Shown here one piece after another: positions 24,601 through 39,600 of a DNA stretch of 64,000 nt (positions are counted from its first letter, which is position 1; every line of letters starts with the position of its first letter). This DNA comes from Malacoraja senta (Eukaryota): the NCBI GenBank assembly GCA_038087875.1, contig CM075988.1, positions 25,236,001 to 25,300,000 on the forward strand, given 5' to 3'. The position numbers were made by a program, and so were the translations under genes. A model generated the notes under the pieces. That model worked only from the letters and a program-made list of their open reading frames with translations, was not told the DNA's origin and made no database searches.

Positions 24601-27600
24601 AATACTTGAGTGGCCTAATACATGTACATAATGTAAAACAAAGCTACTTTGAGTCACTAACAATAATTAGGTGTACAAGTGCCCCAAATTAGATATTCTA
24701 TATATTCATAATAGTCACCAGCTAGTCCACCTACAGCCAGCAGAACATTAAATGTTCAGATCCTGCAGCACAGACTTACAATGATCAGAGAACTGTTCCA
24801 CTCCATCAGCCTCCTACGCTTCCTCAACTCCCATGGCCTCATGAATGGTGTCAATACCTTCAACTGTCTGAGTAAAAAACTCTGGAATTCCTTTCCCGAA
24901 CCTCTAATCAAACACCCTCTTAAAAACTCATCTTTTCTGATTAAACTTTTTCCTATCCTTTTTTGGCATGGTACGAATTGTTTCCTGATAACGCTTTTAT
25001 GTAGCAGCTTGCATATTTCTATATTTAAGTGCACCATACAAATGCAGGTTATTATTAACTGAAGGTAGACCCAAAATGCTGGAGTAACTCAGCAGGTGAG
25101 GCAGCATCTCTGGAGAGAAGGAATGGGCGATGTTTCAGGTCGAGACCCTTCTTCAGCATCTGCAGTTCTTTCTTACACATTTTGTCCACTCCGCTGCGAA
25201 ATCTCCTCATGGTATGTCTACATTGAAGAAGTTATCCTCCTCTCTCCGACGAGAATTCAGCAACCTTCTCTCCAGAGATGCTGCCTCACCTGCAGCGTTA
25301 CTCCAGCATTTTGTGTCTACGTTCGACTTAAACCAGCATCTGCAGTTCTTTCTTACACATTTATTATTAACTGATACATGCCTAGTGAAGGTCTGACTGA
25401 TGCAATTAGATCTACTGGATTTTGTAAAATATTGTGTTTTGCAATTTAATTTTGCTAACAAAACAGCTAATGTACATATCTGGAATACATGAAACAAAAA
25501 TGTCCATAATAAATTAACTTTTATTCTCCAACTGGAAGTATGCCCAGACACTTAGGTGACCTGCTGATGTACGATCTTTGATGCACAAAAGTAGATCGTC
25601 CAATAATAATTTACTTTGTTTTCCAAGACTTCCCGCAACTTCTCATCTACGTTTTTGGTGATGCTAAAATATATTTCAGCACTGTACATATTTTGCTGGC
25701 AAGCACCAAAGTAAACAGAGCAAATGTTACATCCAGAAAGATTCTGTACAGGTGTTACCTGTAGTCTTGCCCTTGTAGAAAACTTTCATATCCATTACTC
25801 CAGTTAAACCAGTGACCAAGGTTTCCACACCAGAGCCATCATGCTTATACGCTCTAAAGATGCTCAGCTTTGACCAATCATCCCAGTAGATTTGATCCTA
25901 AAAAGAGTATTGAATATCCAAGACTCAATATTTATTGGAAGTATACTGTTCATATTATTGAAACTTCCTCACTAAAAAACTCACGTTCATTACAAATCTA
26001 TCCTTGTATTCCACAATCTCATGAAATCTCACACTCATAATTATTGAATTGCAGTGTCTTATGTAATATGGTAGCCAAATCCACAACCCAAAGTCTAACA
26101 AGCATTAAGCGAGTGAACCAGTCAACAGAAGATCCTGGCTGAGCTGAAAACGTTGATCAGGGCAGTAGCAGAATGTAATACTTCATTTCAATTAGTGCTC
26201 TGGGATCTTTATGTTAACTTAAATTAGACTACAGTTTAACAGAGATAAGGGAAGCAGGCCATGTTTTTCCTGTGTCTCACCGTGAATCTTTGTTGTCGAA
26301 GTGCAGTATTTTGCAACGTCGACAGACTGGTGGAGGTCTGTACTTTTCCTGTATATGCTGAGTGTATGGCTCATCTTATCATAAGCTTCAGTGAATGGAC
26401 CAATAATGACTTGCACACATTTGGAGGCCAATCTCTGCCTCCAAATGTGTGCCAACGCAAGCATCATCTGCATTCAACAGCTCATCTTCTGAGGTTGGTG
26501 AGGTTGAGAAAAGCGATGGACAGCAATTGCATCCTGTATTTATATTTTTGGAGTTGTTAGGTCGTGAAGATCATGTCTGCTGTGCATCAAGACAAACAGA
26601 ATTCACTCTGGAATTTGGGAAGCAACTCTTCAGCTACCAGGAGGAAACAGTCGATGAGGATCCTGGCAATAATTTTCCCTGTACCAAACAGCACGGAGAC
26701 ATCGCTGTAGTTCCTATAGCCAAACTTGTCTCCATTCTTGCAGACAGACACGACTATGGGACCATCATCCCTAACACATGCAAATCTGGCAAGATCACCA
26801 GGTTATGGACTCACCACCAATCTTCAAGTACCACCAGCTCCTGAGACATTGCTGCTTTTTACAGCTGTGATATGGACTTTGACTTGTTATTAGTGGCAGC
26901 AAGATCGAACCAAATAGGTTGCTTTGGAATCCAGTCAAGGGCAATTACATCAAGCACATAGTTGCAGTTGAGGAGGTGTCTGAAGTGTTCCTTCCAGTGG
27001 ACACTAGCCTGATGGTTTCAGTCCTATACAGCTATGGTTCATCAGTGAATCTTCACACGAATCAATAGGATGCGCATTCAAGTCCCATGCCAAAGATTTA
27101 AGCATAAAACTTAACCTGATGCAGGGGGGATTCCGCAATGCTGAAGACGCCATTTTTATGACGAGATCGTAACTCTTGGTTCTTTCTGACCTTTTAGGTG
27201 GAGGCAACAATTCATGATAACAAAAGGGCAGGGCAATTATTCTCAGTGATCTGACCAATATTTACCCTTCAATTAACATCTTATAAAATAGTTTATCTGG
27301 TTATTATCCCGTTTCTGTTGTTAAGGAGTTTGACAAAAAACATTTGCTACATTACAACAGCAAGTTGAATTCAATTTTACTTTGCTGGGCGTTAGACTGT
27401 TTGAGGCACTGAAAGATGCTATTAAATTGTAAGTATTAAAAATAAAAGCTTATTAGCCAGAATTGCTCATGAAGACAGACTTGCCAGAGAATGACATCCA
27501 GCACTTGTCGAACCAACCCTGTATACTTTTGCTTCGGTGCTTGCTTTTGAAAACCTTAACAAAACTCCAGAAAATTAAAGAACTAATTTTAAGACAAGGA

Positions 27601-30600
27601 GTAACCAGCTGAATCACGTGTTTATTTATTTCAATGCTAAAGAAGCTTAAAATAACCCAATACCAAAAGTGGATAGTTTCACAACTAAATTTCTGAAGGA
27701 TTAGAAATTAAGTATGAGACTACACCAGTATTTGATTTGATAAGTATCACAATTTTGAATTCTTACCAGGATAGTATGGCACAACGCAAATTTGGATTTA
27801 AATCCAATTATGGGTTGGGTGAGGTGGGCGGTGGAGGGGAGGGGGGGACTTTTTTCTTTTCTTATATCTTTATTCACTCTTTGGCCACACTACTTTGGTA
27901 GTCTAGGGGTCCTATCTTTTCACTTTTTCCCTTTCTTGTTCTTTCTCTCTTCTTTTCCCTCATTTTCAGGTTAAAAGGTCAAAATTGAAGCTGTACAATA
28001 ATTGTATAATTCTACATGCCGAATGTTTAAAGGCTCTGTCCCACGGGTTTGCGGTCGTTGGCGGTGAAGCGCGGCGTCGCCGGAAGAGGGGACCGCACGG
28101 CAACCACGTGAGCGCCACACGGATGCTGCGCGGGGGACCAAGTACGGCCGGTTCAACGTGCTTGCGGTTTCGGCTGATGACGTCTTTCGGATCGCGGGGC
28201 TGTGGCGGTGGCCGTGCTGCACATGTACCTCACTGGCGGCGGCTGTGCGGTAGGAACATATTTTTGGACAGTGTTGGGGTTTTTTTAAGCACCGTGCGGT
28301 GTTGGGAACAACGCCGCACGGCCCCGGAATTGTGCGTTTGACCGAGCCCGCGGTCTCTGGCGGCCCAGGAGCGGTAGATAGTTCCTGTTTCGCCGCCAAT
28401 GACCGCAGACTCGTGAGACAGGCCTTTTATTCTTGTACAATTGGTTCTAATAAAAATAATTTAATAAAAAAAGATAAGTATCACAATTCAAACATCATTC
28501 TGGCCATTTACCTTGAAGACACTGATAGCATATGGATGAGGAAGGTTCTGTATTAGTACTGATCTCTGACCACCATTTAAATCAGCTCTCTCAATACGAT
28601 CAACATAAGCTTCAGTCCAGTAGATCCAAGATCCATCCACGGTAATCCCATTGGGCCATTTAATACCATCAGAAATGAGTCGAGTGGCGTGTGATCCATC
28701 CATCTCACTCTTGTGAATTCCAACTTTATCTTCTCCCCAGTCTGTCCAAAACATCAGTCTAAAGACAGATTTACAAGACAGTTATAATTTGCCTTCTTGC
28801 ACAAACTAGGTTCCTAGAAATTCACACCACATTAGGAGTTTATGGGATCTCCTATAGCACCAATTCTGGCATAAAAGTGCTGTCCTAATGTACTTTTCCA
28901 GTTCTTGCCAGTCAAGGTTACAGCCCATCAAACACATAGCCAAGTACTTTCAATGCAATACGCAGTCATCGCCAATCACTCGCAGTGACAATAATTCTCA
29001 ACTTGCTTTTCAACTGTTTAGAAGAACGCTTGATATTGTTCCTTCCTTGTTATTGATGCTCAGCTAAGTGACACAAACCCTCACTATCTCATCTGTGTAA
29101 GCCCTTTTAATTTTATGTATCAATTAATTTTCCCTCAGCCTTCACTGTTCCAAAGAAAACAAGCAGTCAATCCTGCCACAGAACTAATATTTTCCAGTCT
29201 TGGCAGTGTCCCACTTTATCCGCTCCGTACCTCCCAAGTGCTTTCACATCTCTCCTCACAGATGACGACCAGAAATGTACAACTAATCAATGTTTTCCAT
29301 TTCCAAAATAACCTCCCTGGGCCCTGGCCAATATGAAACACTGTGGGCACCATCTTAACGTGGCATTTACGGCTACTTCAGATTTATGCACAAGCTTTCC
29401 ATTATCTCTGTGCTTCTCAATGTTTTTCAGAAGTCTATCATTAATAGCATATCCTCCACTTGTCCGCCGTCCGGAAATGCGCTGCGCCTTGTTTCTCCAA
29501 TTCCAATTCCAATGGCCCAATGAGTCTATCTACATCTCCCTGCCACTTGCACCTTTCCCCCCCAGAAACCACAAAACTACAAAGACAACAGCTTAGGAAC
29601 CTGGAGCTTACCCAAGTCTTCTACTTCCCATCAGTCCAGTCATCTACATCAAGTTTATATAATAAATCCTATTAAATGTGGACAATAAAATCTGACTGGA
29701 TCTCCACATGAACAACATAGAGGTTGCAGATTGGACATCCGTCTCCATCCCTCTCCCCACACTTTTACTTTCAACATCAAAAATGAGATGAGGTCTCGGT
29801 ATTTTAAATCTAAATGAGCTCTGTTGATAACAGACATGCTCTATGCATCCAAACAGCTCACTAAATAAATGGACCATCAAATCAAGATGGTGATGGCAAC
29901 TATACTTAGGAAAGGAAAGCAGCTTGGTCTATAAAAAGCTGCATACAATACCTCTTGTAATACCACCTTGATCCACTGGATGGTGCAAATAAATGCAGCG
30001 TATAATGTCTATCAGTACCCTCTAGTGTTATGAAAAGTTAACTTCACTGAGCCAACTTAGAGCCATGGAGTATTACAGCACGGAAACAAGCCTTTCTGCC
30101 CAACTCATTCATGTGGCTAAGCTATAATCCCATTTGCCAACTTGACAAACACCAAAATGAATATAACTACTTGGAGCTTCATAAAAACATCACCATACAG
30201 AATTTTGTTTTAGGCACAAGTTTCACCCATTCCTTCTCTCCAGAGATGCTGCCTGTCCCGCTGAGTTACTCCAGCATTTTGTGTCTAACTCTAACTCAAT
30301 GGCAACTGATCTCACCATAGTTTAGACATTATAGGAAGACTTTCTGTGTTAGCAAGGACAGTGCCAGTACAAAAAGGAATTCATGTAGGTAGGGTGTCAT
30401 CAGCCCAGGCTATCTGATTAACACACAATTGTTCACCATGGTATAGGAAGATTAAAAAATAAAAAGATCCCAGATTGAACCAGCAAAGTATTTAGAGCAC
30501 TTTTAAGTGCATTGATGCCTTATTTGCATGTGCACACAAGGGCTTCAGGTCAAAGTTGTAAAGATTTGCTGGTTATCTGTGGAATCTGCATGAAATTTTG

Positions 30601-33600
30601 AAAGTCATTTTCCCAAATGAGAAATGTAACTCTCCACAGCAATCTATCGATCTTCATATCCCAACAAATGATATTAAACATACAAGGGCACAAGTTCAAT
30701 TATTTTCAAAACTTACCCTAAAGTGGGAACTAGTACAAGAGCCCTTGGTCGGTCCAATGTAGTGGCATTCAAGAGAGTGAGACGAAGGTCGCCATCAGAG
30801 TTAGAAACCTAATAAGTAATTAAAATTAAAAAAAATTGTATTTATGGTCTTCCTTAAGCTTTGCTAGTGTCCAAATGAGATCGGAGTTCCCACTTGCTGC
30901 TGTGGAATGTACTGATGCCAAATTGTTTGCATTAAGACATTTAATTTTATTCATTGGAATCATAAAACACTACAATGCAAGAGGATATCAGTCATTGTAA
31001 TGACAAACTAAAACTGGTTCCTCCGAGTTGTCCATATATTATTTTTAAATGCCACCTAAATGCAAACATTCAGCTGCAATGCTTCTTCAGTTCTAATCAT
31101 TACAATTAGTCTCCCAACAAATCACTTTCTGCCCTCCCCACCCACTTTCTTCCTTCCCCATTCATGCTTGGTCACCAACTATGAATTGGATATAAACATT
31201 TAATGCGTTCTAAGTTTTAGAAGTATTTCATACTTATGCAATACATGCACTAGACTTGCCTCAAGTTTCTTTGCTCCAGCATCTATCCAGTACAGAAGCC
31301 GGCTAATGGAGTCAAAGGCTAGAGCTTCCACAGCCTGCAAGCCATCCTTGATTATTATATTCTGGCCAGTGTTCCCATCTAGGCACAAACGCTGAGGAGA
31401 GAGAATACCAATGACTAAATTACAACAGTAATCTTACAGCGCAATCATAAACTAGCAATGCCTCAGTATTACATATTACTAGACCTCTCGAAGAAAGATC
31501 TCACCATCCACTTCAGCCAAGACATTATGTAAAATTTTATAAGTACATTTTATAAATAAATGCACCAAATTCAACTCAATTTAAACGACGACATTATATC
31601 AATGTTGTTAAGATATTCTGGCCTGAAACGTAGGATATCTTTTGGAAAATTCCTACAAATTTCAGTAGACTCCCTAAATGAAAGTGTGCCATTTAAGGGC
31701 CTGTCCCACTTTTTTTTCGGCGACTTGCTGGCACCCGTCATAGTCGCAGTAGGTCTCCGAAAATGATCAACATTTTGAAAATCCAGCGGCGACCAGAAAA
31801 AGGTACCACTCTTTGGGCGACTACTCCAAATTGTCCTTGTGCCACCAAGTTTATGTCACTTGGGTCTCAATTCTCAAAAATGAAGGAGATGCAGTCATTC
31901 TGCAACATTGGGGGATTAAAGTTGATCTCTGTTTGACGGGGGTAATACTATCCAGATTACACTTCTGAACCTGATATTTACAAATGTATCTAAGATACAA
32001 AATGTAACAAGGTATATTAACACATTCAAAGTAAATTATTAAGTGCAAATTGTTTGAGAAATGAATTCATTCTTTCAGGCGGTATCAGAATATTGAGCAA
32101 TGCAGAAATGGGATGTTTGGAGCTTTGGAAACATTCCACACAGCATTTTGAAATTACAACTTCAACCTCAACTTGAATACTGCAGACATTACTGGGAGGC
32201 ACACTGTAAAACGATGCAAACTATAATTTAGTTACTCCTGGTGTTTACCATCGATAAGGTGTCAAATAGTACCACTTCCTGTCGATTTAAAGCAGACGTA
32301 CGTGCACAATACGCCTGTACTTCACATGTGCTCAGAGTGCACTCACCTGAATAATATGCTGTGAAATATCTGCCCAATACAAACAATTGTTTTCATAATC
32401 AAAATCCAAAGCAACTGTGCCTCGCAGGTTCTGAAGTGGCAGTGCCTCGTCTGTACCCCTGGCAAGATCGTAACGATGAATTGAGTTCCTCAACGCATAA
32501 AGTATGAATTCATTTACCTCTGCAAAGAGATTTATTTATTCAAACACTGGCAAACATCAGCATGAAACAACTATGTTAAATGTTTCCCCAAGAGACAGCA
32601 ACATTACAACTTCCTCATCCCCCACCTTCATAGTGCCAGAGACCCAAGTTCGATCCTGACCACGGGTGCTATCTGTGTGGAGTTTATACATTCTCCCTGT
32701 AATCACGTGCGATTTATCCGGGTGTTCCCGTTTCCTCCCACATTCCGAAGATGTGCAGGATTGTAGATTAATTGGCTTTTGTAAATTGTTCCCAGTGTGT
32801 TGGATAGAACTAGTGTATGGGTGTCACTGGTTGGCGCCAACTTGGTGGGCCGGAGCCTATTTCCATGCTCTACCTGTAATCTAAACTAAATCCGCTCTTC
32901 ACACAACCTCTGGCATTTCAGAAAAAAACAATCCAATTCTGTACACCTCGCCGTGTAGCTAATACTCCCTAAACCAGGCATTATTCTGGTAAACTACATC
33001 TGCACCCTTTTCAAACCTTCCTGTATTGGAGTGACCAGAACTGCACACAATACTCCAAATGCAGCCTACCCAAAGCTGCATCATGACTTCCTGACCCTTA
33101 TACTCAATGACCCAACTATGAGAGCAAGCAACCATATGCCACCTTTACCACTTTATCCACTTGTGCTGCCACTTTCAAGGAGCTATGAAATTGGACACCA
33201 ACATCCCTCTGTACATCAATGTAAAATCACCCATAGAACTTGCCTATTGATCAGGCTTTCAGTGATATATCCTAATACAGGCTCAGTGTCATCAATTATT
33301 TGAAACTACTTATCTACAGTGTAGGAAGGAACTGCAGATGCTGGTTTAAAATGCTGGAGTAACTCAGTGGGACAGGCAGCACCTCTGGAGAGAAGGAATG
33401 GGTCTGAAGAAGGGTCTCGACCCGAAATGTCACCCATTCCTTCTCTCCAGAGATGCTGCCTGTTCCGCAAAGTTACTCCAGCATTTTGTGTTTATCTACA
33501 CTAATGGCTCAAGATAAATGCATTTATATTTTATCAGATATTTGTTCACTTCTTAAAATTTACTTTTCATGTACTCATCTTTAATTATTTATTTTAAAAA

Positions 33601-36600
33601 GCATACATTCTTCCATTGGCATGGTCCAATTAGTAACAACAGTACTTATTAACACCATTCCTTCCCATACATTTATATATTTTTTAATATAACAATCTCC
33701 TGCATGTCTCTTTCCTCAAAATTGAACTTGGGGAGTTTGCTGACAATTCTGCTAATGGGAGAAAATGTATTTTCCCAACACGTTATGTCTTGTAAAAAGA
33801 AACATTTCCATGTAAAAACTTCACTGGAAAACAGGTTTAGACTGATGATTATGCAAGATTGTCTCCCTATCAGCACTTTAGTATTCCACTTGGTCGAAAG
33901 ACACACCAAGCTGAACAGCCTTGACAAAAAGTTACAAATTACCGTTCACAGGACAGGGCAGCATTTCCCCTTCTAAACGAGCCTCAACATCGCCGCCACT
34001 ACACGTATCACCTGAGATTTTACGGTAACTGGGAAAACAAGGAAGAAACGAGCTCACATTGTATCTGAATCGGTTACTATACGGTATTGCTAATCAATCA
34101 TTCTTACAACACAAACCAATTATTGATCTATCAAGTTTTAACCCTGGAGAATTACTTAAATAGTAATTCTTTATTAATTACTTAAACAGCAATTCTTAAT
34201 AGTATTCAAAATAGACATTTTGAAAGGAATCAATTGGCCCACAAACATCTGGGGCATTTTGAGGTTGTGAGTTTACACAATACAAGTGCAAGATAATTCT
34301 ATGAAAAGCTGATGGTTGATTCAATAGCAGTGTTTGGCTTTGCAAATGCTTACCCTTTTGTCCGTTTGTATGTGGTGCCATCAGGACAAGGTATAGGTGG
34401 AGCAGACATATTGCCAACGAACTCTGGATCAGGGATACAAATCTCAGAGGCCAAATTTTCACTCAGCTTGAAACCAAAGTCACTAAGAGGATCAGATAAA
34501 AAGTGACACAAAGAGAGCAATATTTAAAAGCGTTTTCAACAAATAATACTTTTGATTAATATTAAACTATTTAAAAAGGTTATACGGGACACTTTTCTTT
34601 TCTAGCCAGGGTATTGAGTACAATGGAAAAGAAGGGTACGGTAGACAGAATACAACACGAATACTGCAAACAGCTCTGATTGCATGGCAGAGAAGGTGTG
34701 AATGTACAGGAGTGGACACAGATGTGATTTATGAAAATGGTGCCAGGTCTGGAAAATTGTAGTCATGTGGAAAGATTGGATAGGATGGCATTGTGTTCTT
34801 TGGTAAAGAGTGGAACGTAAGGGGAAACAATGTGCTATATAAGTGTGAGGGATTACAAATTAAGTAATAACGATCCATTTCAATTAGCAGACAGGTTAAA
34901 AAAAAAGTGTACATATTTAAAGTAGTTGGTAGGATTACAAGATGAACAAGGAAAAATATTTTCACCCATGAAGGTGGTAGAAATATGGGTCTTGATATCA
35001 GAATGACAATAGAACCAGAGACCGTCATCACATTTAACAAGCAACTGGATGTGTACTTAATAGCTTTGATTTTTGACTTGCTCAGTTACAGGTCAAACGT
35101 CAAAAATTAGGTCATTCTTCCTGACCAGCATGGCTAAGATGGTCTCATTCTGTGAATTAAGAGTACATGGCAATAACTGAATAAATTAAAACCTGTGATA
35201 CTCTTTATTTCATTGTAATGTTGGACAATAGAGCAATCTTTCAATGAGTGTTAAGTCCTATAAAAACATAATATAGCATAATACCCAGCAGGACCTAGCC
35301 TTTTCAAATATCTCTGACAAAGGTCACAAAATCTGAAGACGGCCATCGATCCGAAATGTCAACCATTCCTTCTCTCCAGAGATGCTGGTTGTCTCGCTGA
35401 GTTACTCCAGCATTTTGTGTCTATCTTCACAATAATATACCCAATCGTCCCCGACTTCATGACATGGCAAGACACAGAATTACCTATTTTTCTATACATT
35501 ATGTTACAAAGAATGACATCAAACCTCTGCAGAAACAGATCCAACAGTTCATTTGGAACAACACTTCGCTGAATATACAAAAAATGCTAATGTCCAAAAT
35601 AAGTGATTTATATCGGAGAGTGGGGTGTAAAAGGCGATAAATTAACTTTGTTTTCTTAAGCATTTCAATTAAGAAACACCCACATTCCTAAGAAAAATAT
35701 ACTTGTAGCGGTATTTTAAAAAAAATCTCATTACCAACGTTCGTTCCTTGTTATTTTTGTACAGGATAGTTTGTTAGCCATTGTTAATTACCATTCATAG
35801 TCATCCCTTGTACAGGAACAGTTGCTGACTGTAATTGGCCTGTCAAAGTCTTCCCCATTAAAGCAGGTTGCATGTGGGGCTCTGCGCTTGAAGACGGTTT
35901 TTCGACCAAGCAAACACTCATTCCCATGTTCATCAGACGGGGACCACAATTTATAATCGGTCTCAGAACAAGCTACACCTAGAGCAAAACAAATACAAAC
36001 ATCCAGAGTTTAACAAGGAAAAACACACTTAGATTTGGGGGAAGAGAACATTTGGCATTGAAGCATTAACCATAAAAATATTCAGCCTACAATTAAATAC
36101 ATTAATCTTTTTTGCAATTAAATAGTCTAACTCATTACAAGATGAATAAAAAGATCAGCCATGTGTAAATAACCATTAATGGAAATGATTTCACAAATAA
36201 TGCTAAAACATAACCAACTTACAAAGGCTCCAATTATAATATAAGAATGCGTAAAAACTGATTCAAATGTGAAGTTTTAAGATGTGTGTCCATGACAAAT
36301 GAATGAAAAGTCTCATAACTCCTGCTGGGTTGGCAAATATCAACCATTATCCTTAATTATTATCCTTAAACCTGCTTGGTAAACTCACCAATCTTCATCT
36401 TTCAACTCTAAATACGTGGAAATCGATTTAAGAAAGGAAATGGTTAGGATATGGTACCTCCGTGATACAGTCTAACACTCAAGCATAGGAGAAACATTTG
36501 AGGTATTCCAATAGCTGTAAATGAGTCACAGCGTTTAGAAGTAAATAAGCAAGGACGATTAAAAGCAGGGGGTTTTCTCCGTTCAAACAAGTCTATTTGT

Positions 36601-39600
36601 GTTATTTGCTCATTTAGTGGTACAGAATTACAGTGTTTTATGCTAAAAATTATGGGGAACAATGATCGCGTTGTTCAATGAACAGGTCACATCATAGACC
36701 TACCCAATGCTGATTTTGTGTCGATCTGGATTATTAGCCAACTGTGCGACTTTATTGCAAACGATCCAAAGAGAGTGAAGATGGTACTTTTTTCTCCTGG
36801 CTCAGTAATTAGTCCATATATGGTAATATTATCTTTTGCGAAAGTAATGGCCTTCCATGTCTCTCCCTCATTGGTACTGTACCTTTTTATCAAAAGGAAT
36901 TTATGAATATGTAATATTGCAGCAGTTTTACTCCAAGCAGCTGAATAACATCTCTTTCTTGAATCAAACTTACACAACATTGAAATTCATATATAATTTT
37001 TAAAAAGTATTAAAACAAAATACAATGGATAATGGATATATGAAAAGATATGAAAAATGCTGAAAGTATTCAACATGTTGAAAGCATCTACAGAGAAATA
37101 AATTTCAGATGAGCAATATACTCCATTTCACCATCTTCTGATGTTACCCGACTTTTCAAAAATGAGAAAAGAAAAGCTAAGAGCCTGTTTCGTCGATTTG
37201 CCGGCACCCGTCATAGTCGCAGCAGGTTGCCGAAAATTTTCAACATGTTGAAAATCCAGCGGCAACCAGAAAAAAGTACGACTCTTTGGGCGACTACTCA
37301 CCACCAAACAGGCGTCACACCGCGATGTCATTGTTAACATTTCAACATGGCTAGTGGGGTACCGCAAGGCTCGGTGTGGGGACCGCAGCTATTTACAACA
37401 TATTTTAATGATTTAGATGAAGGGATTACAAGTAACATTAGCAAATTTGCAGATGACACAAAGCTGGGTGGCAGTGTGAACTGTGAGGATGCTACGAGAA
37501 TGTAGGGTGACTTGGACAGGTTCGGTGAGTGGGCAGATGCAGTTTAATGTGGATAAATGTGAGGTCATCCACTTTGGTAACAAAAACAGGAAGGAAGATT
37601 ATTATCTAAATGGTGTCAAGTTGGGAAAATGGGAAGTACAACGGGATCTGGGGGTCCTTGTTCATCAGTAAGCATGTAGGTACAGCAGGCAGTGAAGAAA
37701 GTGATCATGGCTGATCATCCACAGGCCTTCATAACAAGAGGAGTTGAGTATAGGAGCAAAGAGGTCCTTCTGCAGTTGTACAGGGCCCTAGTGAGACCAC
37801 ACCTGGAGTATTGTGAGCAGTTTTGGTCTCCAAATTTGAGGAAGGACATTCTTGCTATTGAGGGAGTGCAACGTAGGTTCACGAGGTTAATTCCCAGGAT
37901 GGCGGAACTGTCATATGTTGAAAGAAAGGAACGGCTGTGCTTGTGTACCCTGGAATTTAGAAGGATGAGAGGGTATCTTATTGAAACATATACATTTATT
38001 AAGGGTTTGGACAAGCTAGAGGCAGGAAACAAGTTCCTGATGTTGGGGGAGTCCAGAAACAGGGGGCCACAGTTTAAGAATAAGGGGTAAGCCATTTAGA
38101 TCAGAGATGAGGAAACACTTTTTCACACAGAGAGTTGTGAGTCTGTGGAATTCTCTGCCTCAGAGGGCGATGGAGGCCAGTTTTCGGGATTCTTTCAAGA
38201 GAGAGCTAGATAGGGCTCTTGAAGATAACGGAGTCAGGGGATATGGGGCGAAGGCAGGAACGGGGTACTGATTGTGGATGATCAGCCATGATCACATTGA
38301 ATGGCGGTACTGGCTTGAAGGGCCGAATGGCCTACTCCTGCACCTATTGTCTATTGTAAAGTTTAGAAAGTACAGTTAATTCTCTAGTTTACTCACTTTA
38401 CTTGATTAGTCGGTGAAAACCAAGGAACTGCCAGCAGGATGCCTCCATGATCAGCCCAAGAATAGAAGTAGGAACCTTTGAGGGCCTAAAAAAGAGGCAC
38501 AGGAGTGTTCAGAATATAATTAGTTCCACTGTTACACCTTTTCATTGTTTTGCTACTTTCCCTTCAAATGTTTTATGCTGTACGCTAAACATGCTGGAGA
38601 ACTCAACCCAGATCTCTGCCACCTCCCTACTCTCTGCATAAAAAGAATCAAACAAACTTGTCACTCCTCTTGAGAACATACAGAAAATCAACAAACCTAA
38701 TTATTTTACATGCTTTATTTGAGTTTCTACATTTTTGTTACGATATAGTAAATTTATATTGATATGTTGGTGAATAAATGCCGGAGCCCAAGTTGTCAAA
38801 GGACGTCAAATCTCTTATATACGAGACAACATTAAAAGAAAAACTGTATAAAGAGACTCCGAGATATGCACCTGTACAAGTGTCAGGGGTTATGGGGAGA
38901 AGGCAGGAGGATGGGGTTAGGAGGGAGAGATAGGTCAGCCATTATTGAATGGCGGAGTCGACTTGATGGGCCGAATGGCCTAATTCTACTCCTATTCATT
39001 ATGACTTATGACATATCGACCAATATAATTTGCCTGGTTTTGCCCCACCCTTTTCCCTCACCTATATTTACCAGCCTTCTTCCCTATACTTCAGTTTGAA
39101 GAATGGTGCCATCCGGAAACGCCGTCTGTCCGTTGTCCTCCACAGATGCTGCCTTACCTGCTGCCTTCCTCCAGCACTTTGTTTTTTTTTGCTCATTATC
39201 TACCATCGTCCACATTACCAACACAGTAACTAGTTTACACAAAACGAGTTTCCCCAAACAACAATGACATAATGACTGTATCATCTTCTGTGTTTGTGGT
39301 TAAGGACTCCAATAAAAACTATTTGAGCAGTACACTGTTCACCAGATAAGATTTTTCAGAACAAGAGTCGCGCAAACCTGCAATCTGGACCAAATTCTAT
39401 TCATGAATACCATCCGGATCTTTTGCTGACTGGAATTTTGCAATTGAATACAGTACAATGTCATCTTGATACAGCACCAGATAATGTGGCAGACAGCTAA
39501 TGGTTAGAATTTGTAATAGAATTACGTTTCTTGACATGACAGTAAGCAATATTATATTATATGGTGCGACCAATAATCCTTCAACGTTCAGCAAATCCCA

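Noticed and set aside
27971..28399. 142-aa and 118-aa ORFs
   Set aside because: They arise from stop-poor GC-rich MITE sequence and show no domain similarity.
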